64,000 nucleotides of DNA from Pseudomonadota bacterium (GTDB taxonomy: Bacteria > Bdellovibrionota > Bdellovibrionia > Bdellovibrionales > Bdellovibrionaceae). A program made the translations under genes and the position numbers. Shown one piece after another: positions 1-9,635 of the stretch; position 1 is the first letter of the stretch, and each line of letters begins with the position of its first letter. The stretch covers positions 64,001 to 128,000 of the forward strand of contig JBEGVH010000014.1 of NCBI GenBank assembly GCA_041178425.1, written 5' to 3'. Below the pieces are notes generated by a model. It ran no database searches and was not told where the DNA came from. It was given only the letters and a program-made list of their open reading frames with translations.

Positions 1-171
1 TTGCGAGATGATCTCTGCGTTCATCGAACCGAGGGCATCGAAAAGATCTTTTAGGCGCAAGGATATTTGCCACTGGGCAAGACTCATCACGACCCCTGCA
101 ATGGCCATGATCACAACAAGTCGCTTATGAGGCTTAAGCTCTTTCAACAGTCTCTTAATGACATTCCACAT
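1..171 (-). CDS. ABC transporter permease/ATP-binding protein (MsbA-like), N-terminal part; runs off the window edge
   Basis: Read manually on the minus strand: MWNVIKRLLKELKPHKRLVVIMAIAGVVMSLAQWQISLRLKDLFDAL. This is an elbow helix plus TM1 typical of ABC exporters. AAAGGA SD upstream. Not in the ORF track because it is truncated. Confidence 0.6.
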   Translation of the reverse strand, partial: MWNVIKRLLKELKPHKRLVVIMAIAGVVMSLAQWQISLRLKDLFDALGSMNAEIISQ

Positions 172-190
172 GAAGGCTTCCTTTGAATAC

Positions 191-219
191 CTTCTAACTC
201 AGCCGACCAGGGATGTCAA
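191..219 (-). promoter_or_regulatory. Putative sigma70 promoter for the ABC exporter gene
   Basis: Minus strand TTGACA-N17-TAGAAG. Confidence 0.45.
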
Positions 220-227
220 AAATTCAC

Positions 228-947
228 TTAAGCGGCAATAAGGTCATTCAACATTTTCTGTGTTTTTGAAGTTAAGTCAGAAAAAACAAGGCGCCTTCGA
301 TCCTGTAAATCACCAGAAACTTTGCCCTGAAACGCAAATTGTTTCTTTCCTGCTGGGCTATCAATGATGAAAACGATTTCAAATGGACCACTTTTTAAAT
401 CAAATGGAATGGCTTTATCGAGCAATACCCCGCTCGAAGAGAGATTGACCGTTTGAGTTCTAAAGCTTTTGCCTCCACTGGCAATGATCACCTCAATTTT
501 TTTAGTCACTCTCGCAGATCTCCGACGATCAACTCCCAAACCCAGGGCCGGTGGTTTTGGAGGCCTCGAAAAAGTCAGATCATCTCCATGAAAGTCTCGA
601 AACTCATTAGACTCATCAGCGGTTTCTTCACGCAAAAAGGTGCGTACCTCGGAATACTCCTCTGGGATTCGCGTCTGGGTTTTTTCCTGTTCTAGGGGGG
701 GATTTGAATCGGCGACACGCCCTTTGGTGCCAGGAAGATGAATGAGCATGCGAATCTTGCTTTCCTTCACGTCAACAATATTTCGAAGCGGAAGCCAATC
801 ACGAAAAAACGGATTCCAAGCCCACCAATGGTCAATATTCACATTTCGCAGATTACTTAAAAAGTCTTCGGCCCCCGACTGTGAGAGACGTCGTGATACA
901 ACCCGGGTTTTAGAATCAATGAACAACCAATAAAGACCGTCTTCCAT
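228..947 (-). CDS. PilZ domain protein (c-di-GMP receptor) with a Trp-rich N-terminal domain
   Basis: C-terminal RRSAR (RxxxR) and NLSSSG (D/NxSxxG) motifs. N-terminal WWAWNPFFRDWLPL resembles a GYF_2-type motif. Confidence 0.8.
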   Translation of the reverse strand: MEDGLYWLFIDSKTRVVSRRLSQSGAEDFLSNLRNVNIDHWWAWNPFFRDWLPLRNIVDVKESKIRMLIHLPGTKGRVADSNPPLEQEKTQTRIPEEYSEVRTFLREETADESNEFRDFHGDDLTFSRPPKPPALGLGVDRRRSARVTKKIEVIIASGGKSFRTQTVNLSSSGVLLDKAIPFDLKSGPFEIVFIIDSPAGKKQFAFQGKVSGDLQDRRRLVFSDLTSKTQKMLNDLIAA

Positions 948-968
948 TTAAAGTTTCTCCCCGGCTCT

Positions 969-1742
969 TTAAGCGGCTTTCTGCTCGACAATTTTTTTCA
1001 AGGCCGTTTGCATTGAGCTATTGACTCTCACAAAACGCAACCCCAAACGAAACTTTACCGGTTCTCCCTCTGAACTCGATTTCATACAATTCATCACCTC
1101 GCAGTGAACATTGAAGGCAGGAACTTCTTTAGACGGACGAAAATGAAGAGTTAAAGCTTCACCTTTTTTGAAGGAATGAAGGGGAATTTCAACGCCAGCT
1201 CCCCCGCTGCTGATTTCAAAACCCGTCGCATTCCAAAGCTTTTTATTATTGTGAATAATCAGAGAGGATCCGTGATGAACTCGCGGCGAGCTTCGCCGAT
1301 AATGCATGTTAAAGCCAGCGCGCTTTGGATCTATAAAAGGCTTCATTTTCTCTTTGGTAAAGTGACCACACGCAGAGATCAACTCCCAAGCCTCCATCGA
1401 TGGGGACCAAACGTAATCAAATTCGAATGCGGTTTTATCTTGCAACATTTGAACGATGTCTTTGTAGTCAAAAGGTCCCATTTGAGTGTTATCTCTTAAA
1501 AGAAACCAATGATTATTTTCTTTTTCAACTTCGATAGGCTTTGTGATTTCATCTCTTTTGCTAAGATACTCACAAAACGATTTGGTTAATTCGAACTTAG
1601 AAAGCAAAACCCAATCGTTAACTTTTGGATTGTAGAGATAATCATGGGGAGCTAAGTAACCTGATTTAATTTTATCCTCAATTAATTCGAGCGAGTGTGG
1701 ACCTTCTTGATGCCCATTACGAGAAACAAAATAAACGACCAT
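969..1742 (-). CDS. Tandem GYF_2 (DUF4339) domains plus PilZ domain protein
   Basis: Two segments of the form (Y/W)F..R...Q.GP......I.....W....W, then RRSSPR, EISSGG and GLRF. Confidence 0.85.
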   Translation of the reverse strand: MVVYFVSRNGHQEGPHSLELIEDKIKSGYLAPHDYLYNPKVNDWVLLSKFELTKSFCEYLSKRDEITKPIEVEKENNHWFLLRDNTQMGPFDYKDIVQMLQDKTAFEFDYVWSPSMEAWELISACGHFTKEKMKPFIDPKRAGFNMHYRRSSPRVHHGSSLIIHNNKKLWNATGFEISSGGAGVEIPLHSFKKGEALTLHFRPSKEVPAFNVHCEVMNCMKSSSEGEPVKFRLGLRFVRVNSSMQTALKKIVEQKAA

Positions 1743-1859
1743 TATGTAGCCCCTCCGATACGGTTTTCTCCTTCAATGGTAAATCATTTTCTCGAGAAAA
1801 ACTTAAAACTGGCCGCTTTCTAGCCATCAGACCGGAGGGACTGTTTCAATTTAAAACAT

Positions 1860-3371
1860 TTACTTTGCTCGACTGGCCCTTGATTTTAAAAATTGAGCCA
1901 TTAGTTGAACCCCTTGCCCACTACCGCCGGTAAATGACAACCCACCAGTGGGCTTGTCATTCCAGGCATAGATATCGATGTGTGCCCACGGAGTCGAACC
2001 AACAAACCTTTCTAAAAACATGGCGGCAGTGATTGCTCCCCCAAACCCATCCACAGCGTTCGTCATAGAGGCAACAGAACTGTTCATCTGAGAACCATAT
2101 TTTGAAACGAGTGGCATTCGCCAACAAGGTTCACCGGAGGATCTCGCCGCAAGTAGAAGTTGTTTGGCCAACAAATCATCGTTGGAGAAAAGACCAGGTA
2201 TGTCAGCACCCAGAGCCACTTTGATGGCCCCTGTGAGAGTTGCCAAATCAATCACCAGATCAGGTTTCTCCTTGTTATTGATAGCAACATCGAGAACATC
2301 TGCAAGCACCAATCGTCCTTCGGCATCGGTGTTATGAACCTCAACTGTGACGCCGCTCCGGGCTTTGAGGATGTCGCCAGGACGAAAAGAGTTCGGACCA
2401 ATCGCATTCTCTGCTAAACCTAAATAAAAATCACAGGGTACATTGAGTTGCATTTTTTCAAGCCAAACACAAAGAGCAAAAGTAGAAGCCGCGCCTCCCA
2501 TGTCTTTCTTCATCAAGCGCATACCTGAAGAGGGTTTGATATCAAGCCCTCCACTATCAAAAGTCACTCCCTTACCAACAATCGCAATAGGGTTCTTTTT
2601 GCTCCCCAGAGGGCGATACCTCAAGTGCACCATCCGAGGCCCCTGGGCAGCCCCCTGACCAACCGCAAGATGAAGCCCCATGCCCTCATCCTGAAGACGC
2701 TTTTGGTCCCAGGTAGTAACCCTCACTGTTTTTGATTTCTTGAAAAAGCCTTCAGCCAATTCGGCAAACGATCGCGGATTCAAGTCGTGACCCGGCAAAT
2801 TAACTAGATGGCGAGCCCAATTAATTGAATACGCTAAGTCAGCGGCTTCTTTGAGTCGTTTGGGATTAAATCCTCGCCCCTGACTTGAGATTGAAATCGT
2901 TGGCAATCCCTCTAACGTTTTCTGACCTTCATAAACAGAACGAAACTGATAAGCACCGAGGTCAAACCCAACAATAACACCTATCTCTTCTTCGGGAGAT
3001 GCTCCCCAAAATTCTATATCTAGGCGCGGAATCTGGAGTGCTCGAAGCACGCCAACCAAAGCACCCGCGCTGTCTCTGGCTTGAGTGTAAAGGGAATCCT
3101 GAAAATTGCCCTCGTGTTGAGTTTGTTTTTTCTTTGAGCGTCTTTGAATCCATACAGGACCGGAGTTACCAACAAAGTGCAAAGTTTCTTTTTCGTTTTT
3201 AAGTAAGCTCTCTCTCTGGTAATCAAGAGAATACATCTCTATGATGGACTTAAATTTCTTTTCTGGACGATCTCCTAAAAAGAAATAAAATCCCTGCCCT
3301 TTTAAGTTATCTTTGTTTTTTTTGACCTCGAACGTCTGACTCCACTGTGGCAAATTCAGATTTAAACTCAT
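1860..3371 (-). CDS. Leucyl aminopeptidase, M17 family
   Basis: VGKGVTFDSGG, MKKDMGG, NTDAEGRL and DLATLTGA motifs. Confidence 0.97.
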   Translation of the reverse strand: MSLNLNLPQWSQTFEVKKNKDNLKGQGFYFFLGDRPEKKFKSIIEMYSLDYQRESLLKNEKETLHFVGNSGPVWIQRRSKKKQTQHEGNFQDSLYTQARDSAGALVGVLRALQIPRLDIEFWGASPEEEIGVIVGFDLGAYQFRSVYEGQKTLEGLPTISISSQGRGFNPKRLKEAADLAYSINWARHLVNLPGHDLNPRSFAELAEGFFKKSKTVRVTTWDQKRLQDEGMGLHLAVGQGAAQGPRMVHLRYRPLGSKKNPIAIVGKGVTFDSGGLDIKPSSGMRLMKKDMGGAASTFALCVWLEKMQLNVPCDFYLGLAENAIGPNSFRPGDILKARSGVTVEVHNTDAEGRLVLADVLDVAINNKEKPDLVIDLATLTGAIKVALGADIPGLFSNDDLLAKQLLLAARSSGEPCWRMPLVSKYGSQMNSSVASMTNAVDGFGGAITAAMFLERFVGSTPWAHIDIYAWNDKPTGGLSFTGGSGQGVQLMAQFLKSRASRAK

Positions 3372-3387
3372 ATTAACTCCAATCCTT

Positions 3388-4629
3388 TTATTTTTTCAGA
3401 GCAGGACAACCTTTTCCATCAACGACTTCTCCTTCTGGAGTTTTTGGACAGCGATCTTCAAAATCGGGAATCGAATCATTATCACTATCGATGGGACATC
3501 CATCTTTATCGACCTTTACACCTCGAGGTGTACGGGAGCACATATCATTGTCGTCTTCGATGCCGTCTCTATCACTATCTTCGATAATCATCGATTGATC
3601 ATTAGTAGCGTCCATCTCCCCAATTTCGTCGGCGGAGCCAAAAACAGGCCTTTGATCAAGAATCGAGTCAGAGTCTTTTTTTGCGCTCACAAAACCAAAA
3701 TCCCAACTTGCTCCTGCTAAGAGCCGCCAATCCGGACTCATCGTTCCCTTAAGAACTTCAGTTCCACATCCTACCGTCCAACGAAAAGATCGAGAGGGGC
3801 TTGCACGCAGACCAAAAATGGCCTCGGCTGACGAAATATCTTTTGCCCTCTGATAGGCTCCCTTATCGATAGGATAGGCCGTGAAAAATTCTGCCATCCA
3901 ACTCAACTTTGGCTTTTTCTCAAATTGACGTTGATAACCCACGGAGGCGATCAGTTGATCTTCTAAAGGAAAAACAGGCGATTCAACATAGTGCTCACCC
4001 GGCGATCGAAAACGAAGACCCGCATTGAAGGCATACGATTCTTTTTGGGTTCCCTTCTCGAAAACACCTTCCATGGTCACAATAGGCGTTTGATGATCTC
4101 CTAAAAATCCATCTTGCCGGGTGTTTGGCAAATTGATCGAAGCAACAACAGCGATCCCTTTGCTATCACCATCGCCTTCACTTGGGCGCTGAATTACATA
4201 TTTCAATTGATTATGAATCATCGAAATTCCCCTCTGAGCAAGATAGGTCCGATCACTCTCTGGGTTTATGGTTTGGCCTAAATGAAAAGGGAGTGCAAAA
4301 CCAAACTCCAAATCGGGAGTAATTCCATAAGCAAAACCAAATTGCCCCGCAGCGAGTTGATCCTCTACCTGATGTTGAACTTGATTGTTTGCTGGAACAT
4401 CATAGGCAAAAAGGTTATTACCACTATAGCTCCCATAAACATACATTCGCCACTTGTTCTCACGGACCCCTTCGGCCGAATGAACCGTGATATAATTACT
4501 TTGCGATGGGCTCGGAAAAAAACCTTGATAGCTCACCCCTAAAACATTTCCTAGGGCCGTCGAAAAAAATGACGTTGAAACCACGCCCGACACAAAAACT
4601 TTAGTCATTAAAAAACGAATATTACGCAT
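3388..4629 (-). CDS. Outer-membrane beta-barrel protein with C-terminal thrombospondin type-3 Ca-binding repeats and no OmpA-C domain
   Basis: Signal peptide, alternating beta-strand pattern, DSDRDGIEDDNDMC...DSDNDSIPDFEDRCP repeats. Start moved to ATG 4629 (GGGGGA SD). Confidence 0.7.
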   Translation of the reverse strand: MRNIRFLMTKVFVSGVVSTSFFSTALGNVLGVSYQGFFPSPSQSNYITVHSAEGVRENKWRMYVYGSYSGNNLFAYDVPANNQVQHQVEDQLAAGQFGFAYGITPDLEFGFALPFHLGQTINPESDRTYLAQRGISMIHNQLKYVIQRPSEGDGDSKGIAVVASINLPNTRQDGFLGDHQTPIVTMEGVFEKGTQKESYAFNAGLRFRSPGEHYVESPVFPLEDQLIASVGYQRQFEKKPKLSWMAEFFTAYPIDKGAYQRAKDISSAEAIFGLRASPSRSFRWTVGCGTEVLKGTMSPDWRLLAGASWDFGFVSAKKDSDSILDQRPVFGSADEIGEMDATNDQSMIIEDSDRDGIEDDNDMCSRTPRGVKVDKDGCPIDSDNDSIPDFEDRCPKTPEGEVVDGKGCPALKK

Positions 4630-4851
4630 CGATCCCCCTGCCGCAAAGTTGGCGTACATATAAAATATTTACCAACGGCCTTCGATCCAAGTTTAATAGT
4701 CTGCTTCGCTAAGTCACCAAAAAATCGGCAATATTTTGAAAATCTCTTAGACTCAGCCCTCTCTGCTAAAGCACATGGACAATAGAGGGGCGCACGAAAC
4801 TTGAAGAGTAGACGCTTGGATTATTAGATACCCGTTAACTGGAGACGATTC

Positions 4852-7800
4852 ATGGCCAAGATCAAGAAAAAGTTCCAAACCATTTTATGGATTCAAGGCT
4901 TGCTGTTGGTGTTGTTTTCTTTCGATGCTCGGGCCGAATCGTTCGATTGGGTGAGCCGTCTCACAAGCATTAGTGCCAACATGGAACCTTCAATCTACTC
5001 AATCACTTCGATTTCTGGCTCCTCCCAAGTGATTGAAACCGAACCCGACTTGGGATTCCCTACTGCCAAGCTCTACACCTTCAAGCTTTGTCTCGCCCAC
5101 GCACAATCTAATGAACCTTTATTGAATGCTACTCTCGGCCTCGAAGGCGCTGGCTCTCCCATTAAACCTCAACGACTTGACTCGTCTTGCCTCACTTGGA
5201 TGGAGAGCATCAACTATCACTACACGGCCCCATCCCGATTTGTTTCCCTCATTCGCACACTTCAAATCCAAACCCAAGACGAAAAGAAAAACGTACAGTC
5301 AATCAGCATTCCTTTCCGTTTGGCTATCAACCCCTGGCTTCATGGGGAACCCTCATCGATACCCGAGGTGGCCGATTTTATAAAAAATAAACCAAGAAAT
5401 AGTGTTCCGCCGGCTGAAGCGACCAAGGCTCTTTTAGGCCAAACGTCTAAAGGGGGTGACGTTTCCGTTATCGTTAATGACTCCCGGATTAACTTTCAAG
5501 AGCTCGGCATCGACTCGAAAAGTGGTGGTAAGTTTATTTTCGACTTCCGCACAAACCCCCAAATTGAAGTTCTAAACACGGCCAATCAGCCCGTGTTTAT
5601 TAAACTCAACCAAGGCGAATTCCATTTCGAGGCCTATCTTCTTTCGACGCTCTCTGAAGGTGAAAATCAGGTTCGTCGAATCATTAATCCAGAGCCAATA
5701 AAGGGGACCGCGTTACTCCGTGATGGAGCCCTCGCATTTCAAACAGAAATAACCCTTCCATTTATTCCAACCAGAGGGCGCTTAGAATTGGCCGTCATTC
5801 TAAAAGCAAATCAAAATCAACCATTTCTTAAACCCTTTAAAGGTATTTACATTCTTGGAAACTACAACGACTTAAAAACTAATCTCTTTGCCAGAATTAA
5901 AACTGGTTACACCAATGCGAATTCAAAATTCCAATTTGAGGATTATCTTGGTTTAAATAAACAGTCCGATAAAACCTACGCGGCAAAAAATAGCCAAGAT
6001 GGGATGCGGCAATTGAAATACGAATTTGAACCTCTCCAGTTTAAAATCACTCGAGTTGGCAACGAAACAGCGACTCGCAGAGAAGTTTATTACCAAGTCA
6101 AAGCCTGCGTGAGAAATGGTGTCGATAATTCTCCTTTACGAGGTTATCACTTTCAGATCATTAAAGGTGGAACCAGCCTTCGCTCTGAACTCGACCTCAA
6201 ACCAACCATGAGACCTTCCGAGTTTGATAGCTGTATTTATTGGGATGATCGTATCGACCATAACTATTATTCTAACCAAAAGTACTTTAAACAGGAATAC
6301 AGAATTCTCAACCGAGATCTTAATCTCGACGAAACTGTCGTTGCCTACATCAACCCATGGGAAATGATCCTAAGTAGAGATGCACGAACGATTGAACCTG
6401 AAGAAATCGCAAGAGAAAACACTGAATCAAAAGGATCAGCGATCATTGCTCTGACGAGTTTTCAAGCCCAAACCCGAACTATTCACTACGCCGTAGACCG
6501 AACAATGAGTTTGAAAATAAACAAAGACGTTCATTTAATTTTGGAACCCAAAATAATGAACTACTCAAGCCTATCAAAAGGTATTGATGGACGAGAGCCC
6601 ATTCGGGATGGAATCTGGAAGATTCGTTGGGCCCTTCTTCACAACAGGTATGAAAGCGAAGGCACGTCTTTTCGACCGATTAGCCAAGGCGAAACTTTAA
6701 CAATAGCATCAAACGGACGAATTATTCTCCCTGTGACATTTAGATTTGATGACTTTCGAACCATCAGCTCAAGAAACTACCTCATGATAGAAGTAGCACC
6801 CGTTGATGCCACCATGGTCACGACTACTCTCGATGGAAATCTTGTTCCCAAAGACGGCAAACCTTTAGCAATGGTCGTTGATTCCCAGGGTGGGTTTCTT
6901 CCACAAACATTCATTGGTCCTATCCTTACTGTTGGCGATTCTGATACTTCCTACTTAATACCTCATCCAGAAAATCCCGCCCTCAAACTCTTTTTACCCC
7001 AAGGGGTCAACGGACATCAAATTTCGCAAAACGAAGTTTTTCTCTTCGAGAAACAAGCGCCTACATGGACAACGCTCTCAGAAATGAACAACCCGGCTGC
7101 CGAGGTGAGCGAATCTCAACTGGTGCAGTGGCGAAATACAGCTCTCACTGCTAACCAGATCCGCACCTTTAATCTTTACGACGCTAACGATATTAGAACT
7201 TTGAGAAAAAAAATGGGCCCCTCGGCCTTTACCCTCCAAAATTTTTCGAAGAACTATGGCCGCGAACTTTTTCAGCCAGAAATCGTTATAAGATCCATTG
7301 AGGCAAAAATACTATCTGCGGAGCTTGAAGATCGATTGTGTTTCTACTTTTTTGATCTAGATGCCAAGCAAACAGTGCGCTTTAATAATAATATTGCACC
7401 TTGGATACAAACAGACCGATGGCTAAAAAAGTGTTTGCAATCTGTGACCTCCCGCTCAAACGCTATGTCTTTCTTCAGAGCCGAACACGAAACGACTGTT
7501 GAATCTATCGATAGAACATCTCTTAGAGAGAGCTCCGCCCTCAATCTTGGAATTGGCACAAGCTTCAGCGTTAGCTCCTCTGAGTCCACAAGCACCTCGT
7601 CGAGTTTGGGCGCTTCTACGAATATAGGTCTCAGTCTCAAGGCTTCTGACATGGTTTCCATGGGAGCAAGCACAAGTTATAGTATTTCGCGAAGCGAGAG
7701 CCAGAATCAGGGATCCTCAAATAGCCTGTCACTGTCTGCCGGGGTAAACCTTAGCATGAGAAAAATAAGTCTCTTGATTGAGGGGACGACGTCCGAGCGC

Positions 7801-8241
7801 TGCTTAACTATTCAACTCAATCCGGCGCTCTACGAGGATAAAAAATCCGATTTTTGGCATGATCTCGTCAAGTCAACAAAGTCGATTGAACTGGCCGGTC
7901 AATTTGTAAATGAAAAAGTTCGATTGTGCTATTCCCTCGCAGGTCCGCAAAAGTTCTCGTCGATCGAAAAATACTATTTTCTTTTACAAGACAATCCCAA
8001 TGTTGGGTTTATCGACAATCCAGACTTGAGAAACAGACCCCTTATTTTACAACTGCGGGGACAGACTGCCTACGAAAATTTCCTTCGAATCGCTGGTGCC
8101 GATTTGGCGCTATCTAAGCAAGCAGGTTCAGCAAACTTAGGCAACTTTTCAACAGACGAAAGAACCACCAGAGCGCTCCAGTTAAAGATTCCTGGTTCTC
8201 CTGGCTCGATCACTGAAATCATGAGTCGACAAAGTAAATAG
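4852..8241 (+). CDS. Large secreted protein (1129 aa) with a duplicated C..C..W..INPW domain and a Ser/Thr-rich beta-hairpin
   Basis: Long ORF with GGAG SD and a signal peptide ending ARA-E. Internal repeat visible by eye. Confidence 0.7.
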   Translation: MAKIKKKFQTILWIQGLLLVLFSFDARAESFDWVSRLTSISANMEPSIYSITSISGSSQVIETEPDLGFPTAKLYTFKLCLAHAQSNEPLLNATLGLEGAGSPIKPQRLDSSCLTWMESINYHYTAPSRFVSLIRTLQIQTQDEKKNVQSISIPFRLAINPWLHGEPSSIPEVADFIKNKPRNSVPPAEATKALLGQTSKGGDVSVIVNDSRINFQELGIDSKSGGKFIFDFRTNPQIEVLNTANQPVFIKLNQGEFHFEAYLLSTLSEGENQVRRIINPEPIKGTALLRDGALAFQTEITLPFIPTRGRLELAVILKANQNQPFLKPFKGIYILGNYNDLKTNLFARIKTGYTNANSKFQFEDYLGLNKQSDKTYAAKNSQDGMRQLKYEFEPLQFKITRVGNETATRREVYYQVKACVRNGVDNSPLRGYHFQIIKGGTSLRSELDLKPTMRPSEFDSCIYWDDRIDHNYYSNQKYFKQEYRILNRDLNLDETVVAYINPWEMILSRDARTIEPEEIARENTESKGSAIIALTSFQAQTRTIHYAVDRTMSLKINKDVHLILEPKIMNYSSLSKGIDGREPIRDGIWKIRWALLHNRYESEGTSFRPISQGETLTIASNGRIILPVTFRFDDFRTISSRNYLMIEVAPVDATMVTTTLDGNLVPKDGKPLAMVVDSQGGFLPQTFIGPILTVGDSDTSYLIPHPENPALKLFLPQGVNGHQISQNEVFLFEKQAPTWTTLSEMNNPAAEVSESQLVQWRNTALTANQIRTFNLYDANDIRTLRKKMGPSAFTLQNFSKNYGRELFQPEIVIRSIEAKILSAELEDRLCFYFFDLDAKQTVRFNNNIAPWIQTDRWLKKCLQSVTSRSNAMSFFRAEHETTVESIDRTSLRESSALNLGIGTSFSVSSSESTSTSSSLGASTNIGLSLKASDMVSMGASTSYSISRSESQNQGSSNSLSLSAGVNLSMRKISLLIEGTTSERCLTIQLNPALYEDKKSDFWHDLVKSTKSIELAGQFVNEKVRLCYSLAGPQKFSSIEKYYFLLQDNPNVGFIDNPDLRNRPLILQLRGQTAYENFLRIAGADLALSKQAGSANLGNFSTDERTTRALQLKIPGSPGSITEIMSRQSK

Positions 8242-8260
8242 AGCCTGTTGATTCAGAGCA

Positions 8261-8298
8261 GAAAGGTCAAATCCTCTAAGAGAGAGGCTTGACCTTTC
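8261..8298 (+). terminator. Long stem-loop after the 1129-aa gene (possible terminator or stabiliser), overlapping the next gene's putative -35
   Basis: GAAAGGTCAA/TTGACCTTTC perfect 10-bp stem with an inner CCTCT/AGAGG stem. The U-tract is weak. Confidence 0.5.
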
Positions 8299-8324
8299 CT
8301 TGTCTAAAAGGACATCCTAGGGCA

Positions 8325-9614
8325 ATGAATTTACCAACTATTTCTCAACAAAAATCGTTAAATGGCTTCGGTTCTGGTGACCTCCTGGTTCTCTTTGGGG
8401 AACTCTTTCAACGGGGCTATGCAAATGGTCTTGTCGAGGAGGCCGAAAACCGGGGGATGACGATCGTCAGATCCACCGTTGGCCGACGCGACGACAAACT
8501 AGGACTACGCGCACTTAATGAAGAAGAAGGTAAAAACATCCCCCAACCGTGGATTAATCTCCCTCTTGAATGTGGTTTTGATCTCGAACCCAATTCTCAC
8601 GGACAAACCCCCGTTGATCTTTGTAAATCTATTGGTCTTAAAGAGGGTATCAAGGCTTCATTGAATCTTGAACTCATCGAAGAGTCTCAAGAAAGGGGTC
8701 GAGCGCGGTTTCGACAACAAGTAAAAAATTGGGTAAAGCAATTAGAACCGCACATTCTTCCTGGAAAAAAAGTCCTAATCGCCCACCTCATGGCGGGAGG
8801 AGTGCCTCGTTCAAAAATTATCCTTAGCCTAATGAACAGAGTTTTTAAAGGAACGGGAGACCGCTATCTCTCATCGGAAGAGTTCTGGGCTTCAGACATC
8901 GGAAACTTTTGCCAAAAAAGCTTCCTCGAAGTGACAGCAGAAAGCTTTAATATTCTAATCGAAGAAACGGCATCCCTTAGAAAACACCAATCAGAGAATT
9001 CTGGTTTTATTCATTATTCCGCCTATGGGTACCATGGAACCCCTATTTTCTTTGATCGCAAACTCCAATGGTTTAGCTACACACCCTACCTTCAAGGCTT
9101 TGCCAAAAGAAAACTAGAGGAATACTCCCAACAACACTGGAAGCAGGGAGTAAAGAGCACAGTTTATAATTGCCCAGAAATACTCACTAACTCGAGTGGA
9201 ATTTTTCCTGGCGTTGAAATATTTCTGTATTCTCTTATTTATGAGATGAGAGCCCGTGCTATTCAGACTCCTTATGTCGTAAACACCCTACAAGCGGCCG
9301 AAGAATGCTTGATTGATGGTGGCCTTGAGAAAGTCAGAGCTCTCATCGAAAGCTATTTTAAGAATCCTATTTTTATAAAGTCTTTGAACTTTTCTCAATG
9401 GCCTAGCCACTCTAACAAAGAACTCATGGAACTCATGCTCAAGGCCTCAGACGATCTCGTCAATCTTCACAAAGATCCAAACAATTTAATGACATCTCAC
9501 TTGAGCGAATTGATCATAAAAGCAAGTGGTGCCTTAATGTTAAACGACATCGCTTCTCCTCAAGAACCGGTCGCTTGGATTGGGCACGATTCTGTGATCA
9601 AGTATTTTGAGTAA
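8325..9614 (+). CDS. FabMG-family enoyl-ACP reductase
   Basis: GDLLVLFGELFQRGYANGL, TVGRRD, HLMAGGVP, YSAYGYHG, YTPYLQGFAK and NCPEILTNSS match my recollection of the FabMG family. Start set at ATG 8325. Confidence 0.7.
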   Translation: MNLPTISQQKSLNGFGSGDLLVLFGELFQRGYANGLVEEAENRGMTIVRSTVGRRDDKLGLRALNEEEGKNIPQPWINLPLECGFDLEPNSHGQTPVDLCKSIGLKEGIKASLNLELIEESQERGRARFRQQVKNWVKQLEPHILPGKKVLIAHLMAGGVPRSKIILSLMNRVFKGTGDRYLSSEEFWASDIGNFCQKSFLEVTAESFNILIEETASLRKHQSENSGFIHYSAYGYHGTPIFFDRKLQWFSYTPYLQGFAKRKLEEYSQQHWKQGVKSTVYNCPEILTNSSGIFPGVEIFLYSLIYEMRARAIQTPYVVNTLQAAEECLIDGGLEKVRALIESYFKNPIFIKSLNFSQWPSHSNKELMELMLKASDDLVNLHKDPNNLMTSHLSELIIKASGALMLNDIASPQEPVAWIGHDSVIKYFE

Positions 9615-9635
9615 TTCATTTTTGGCGAGGCATGG

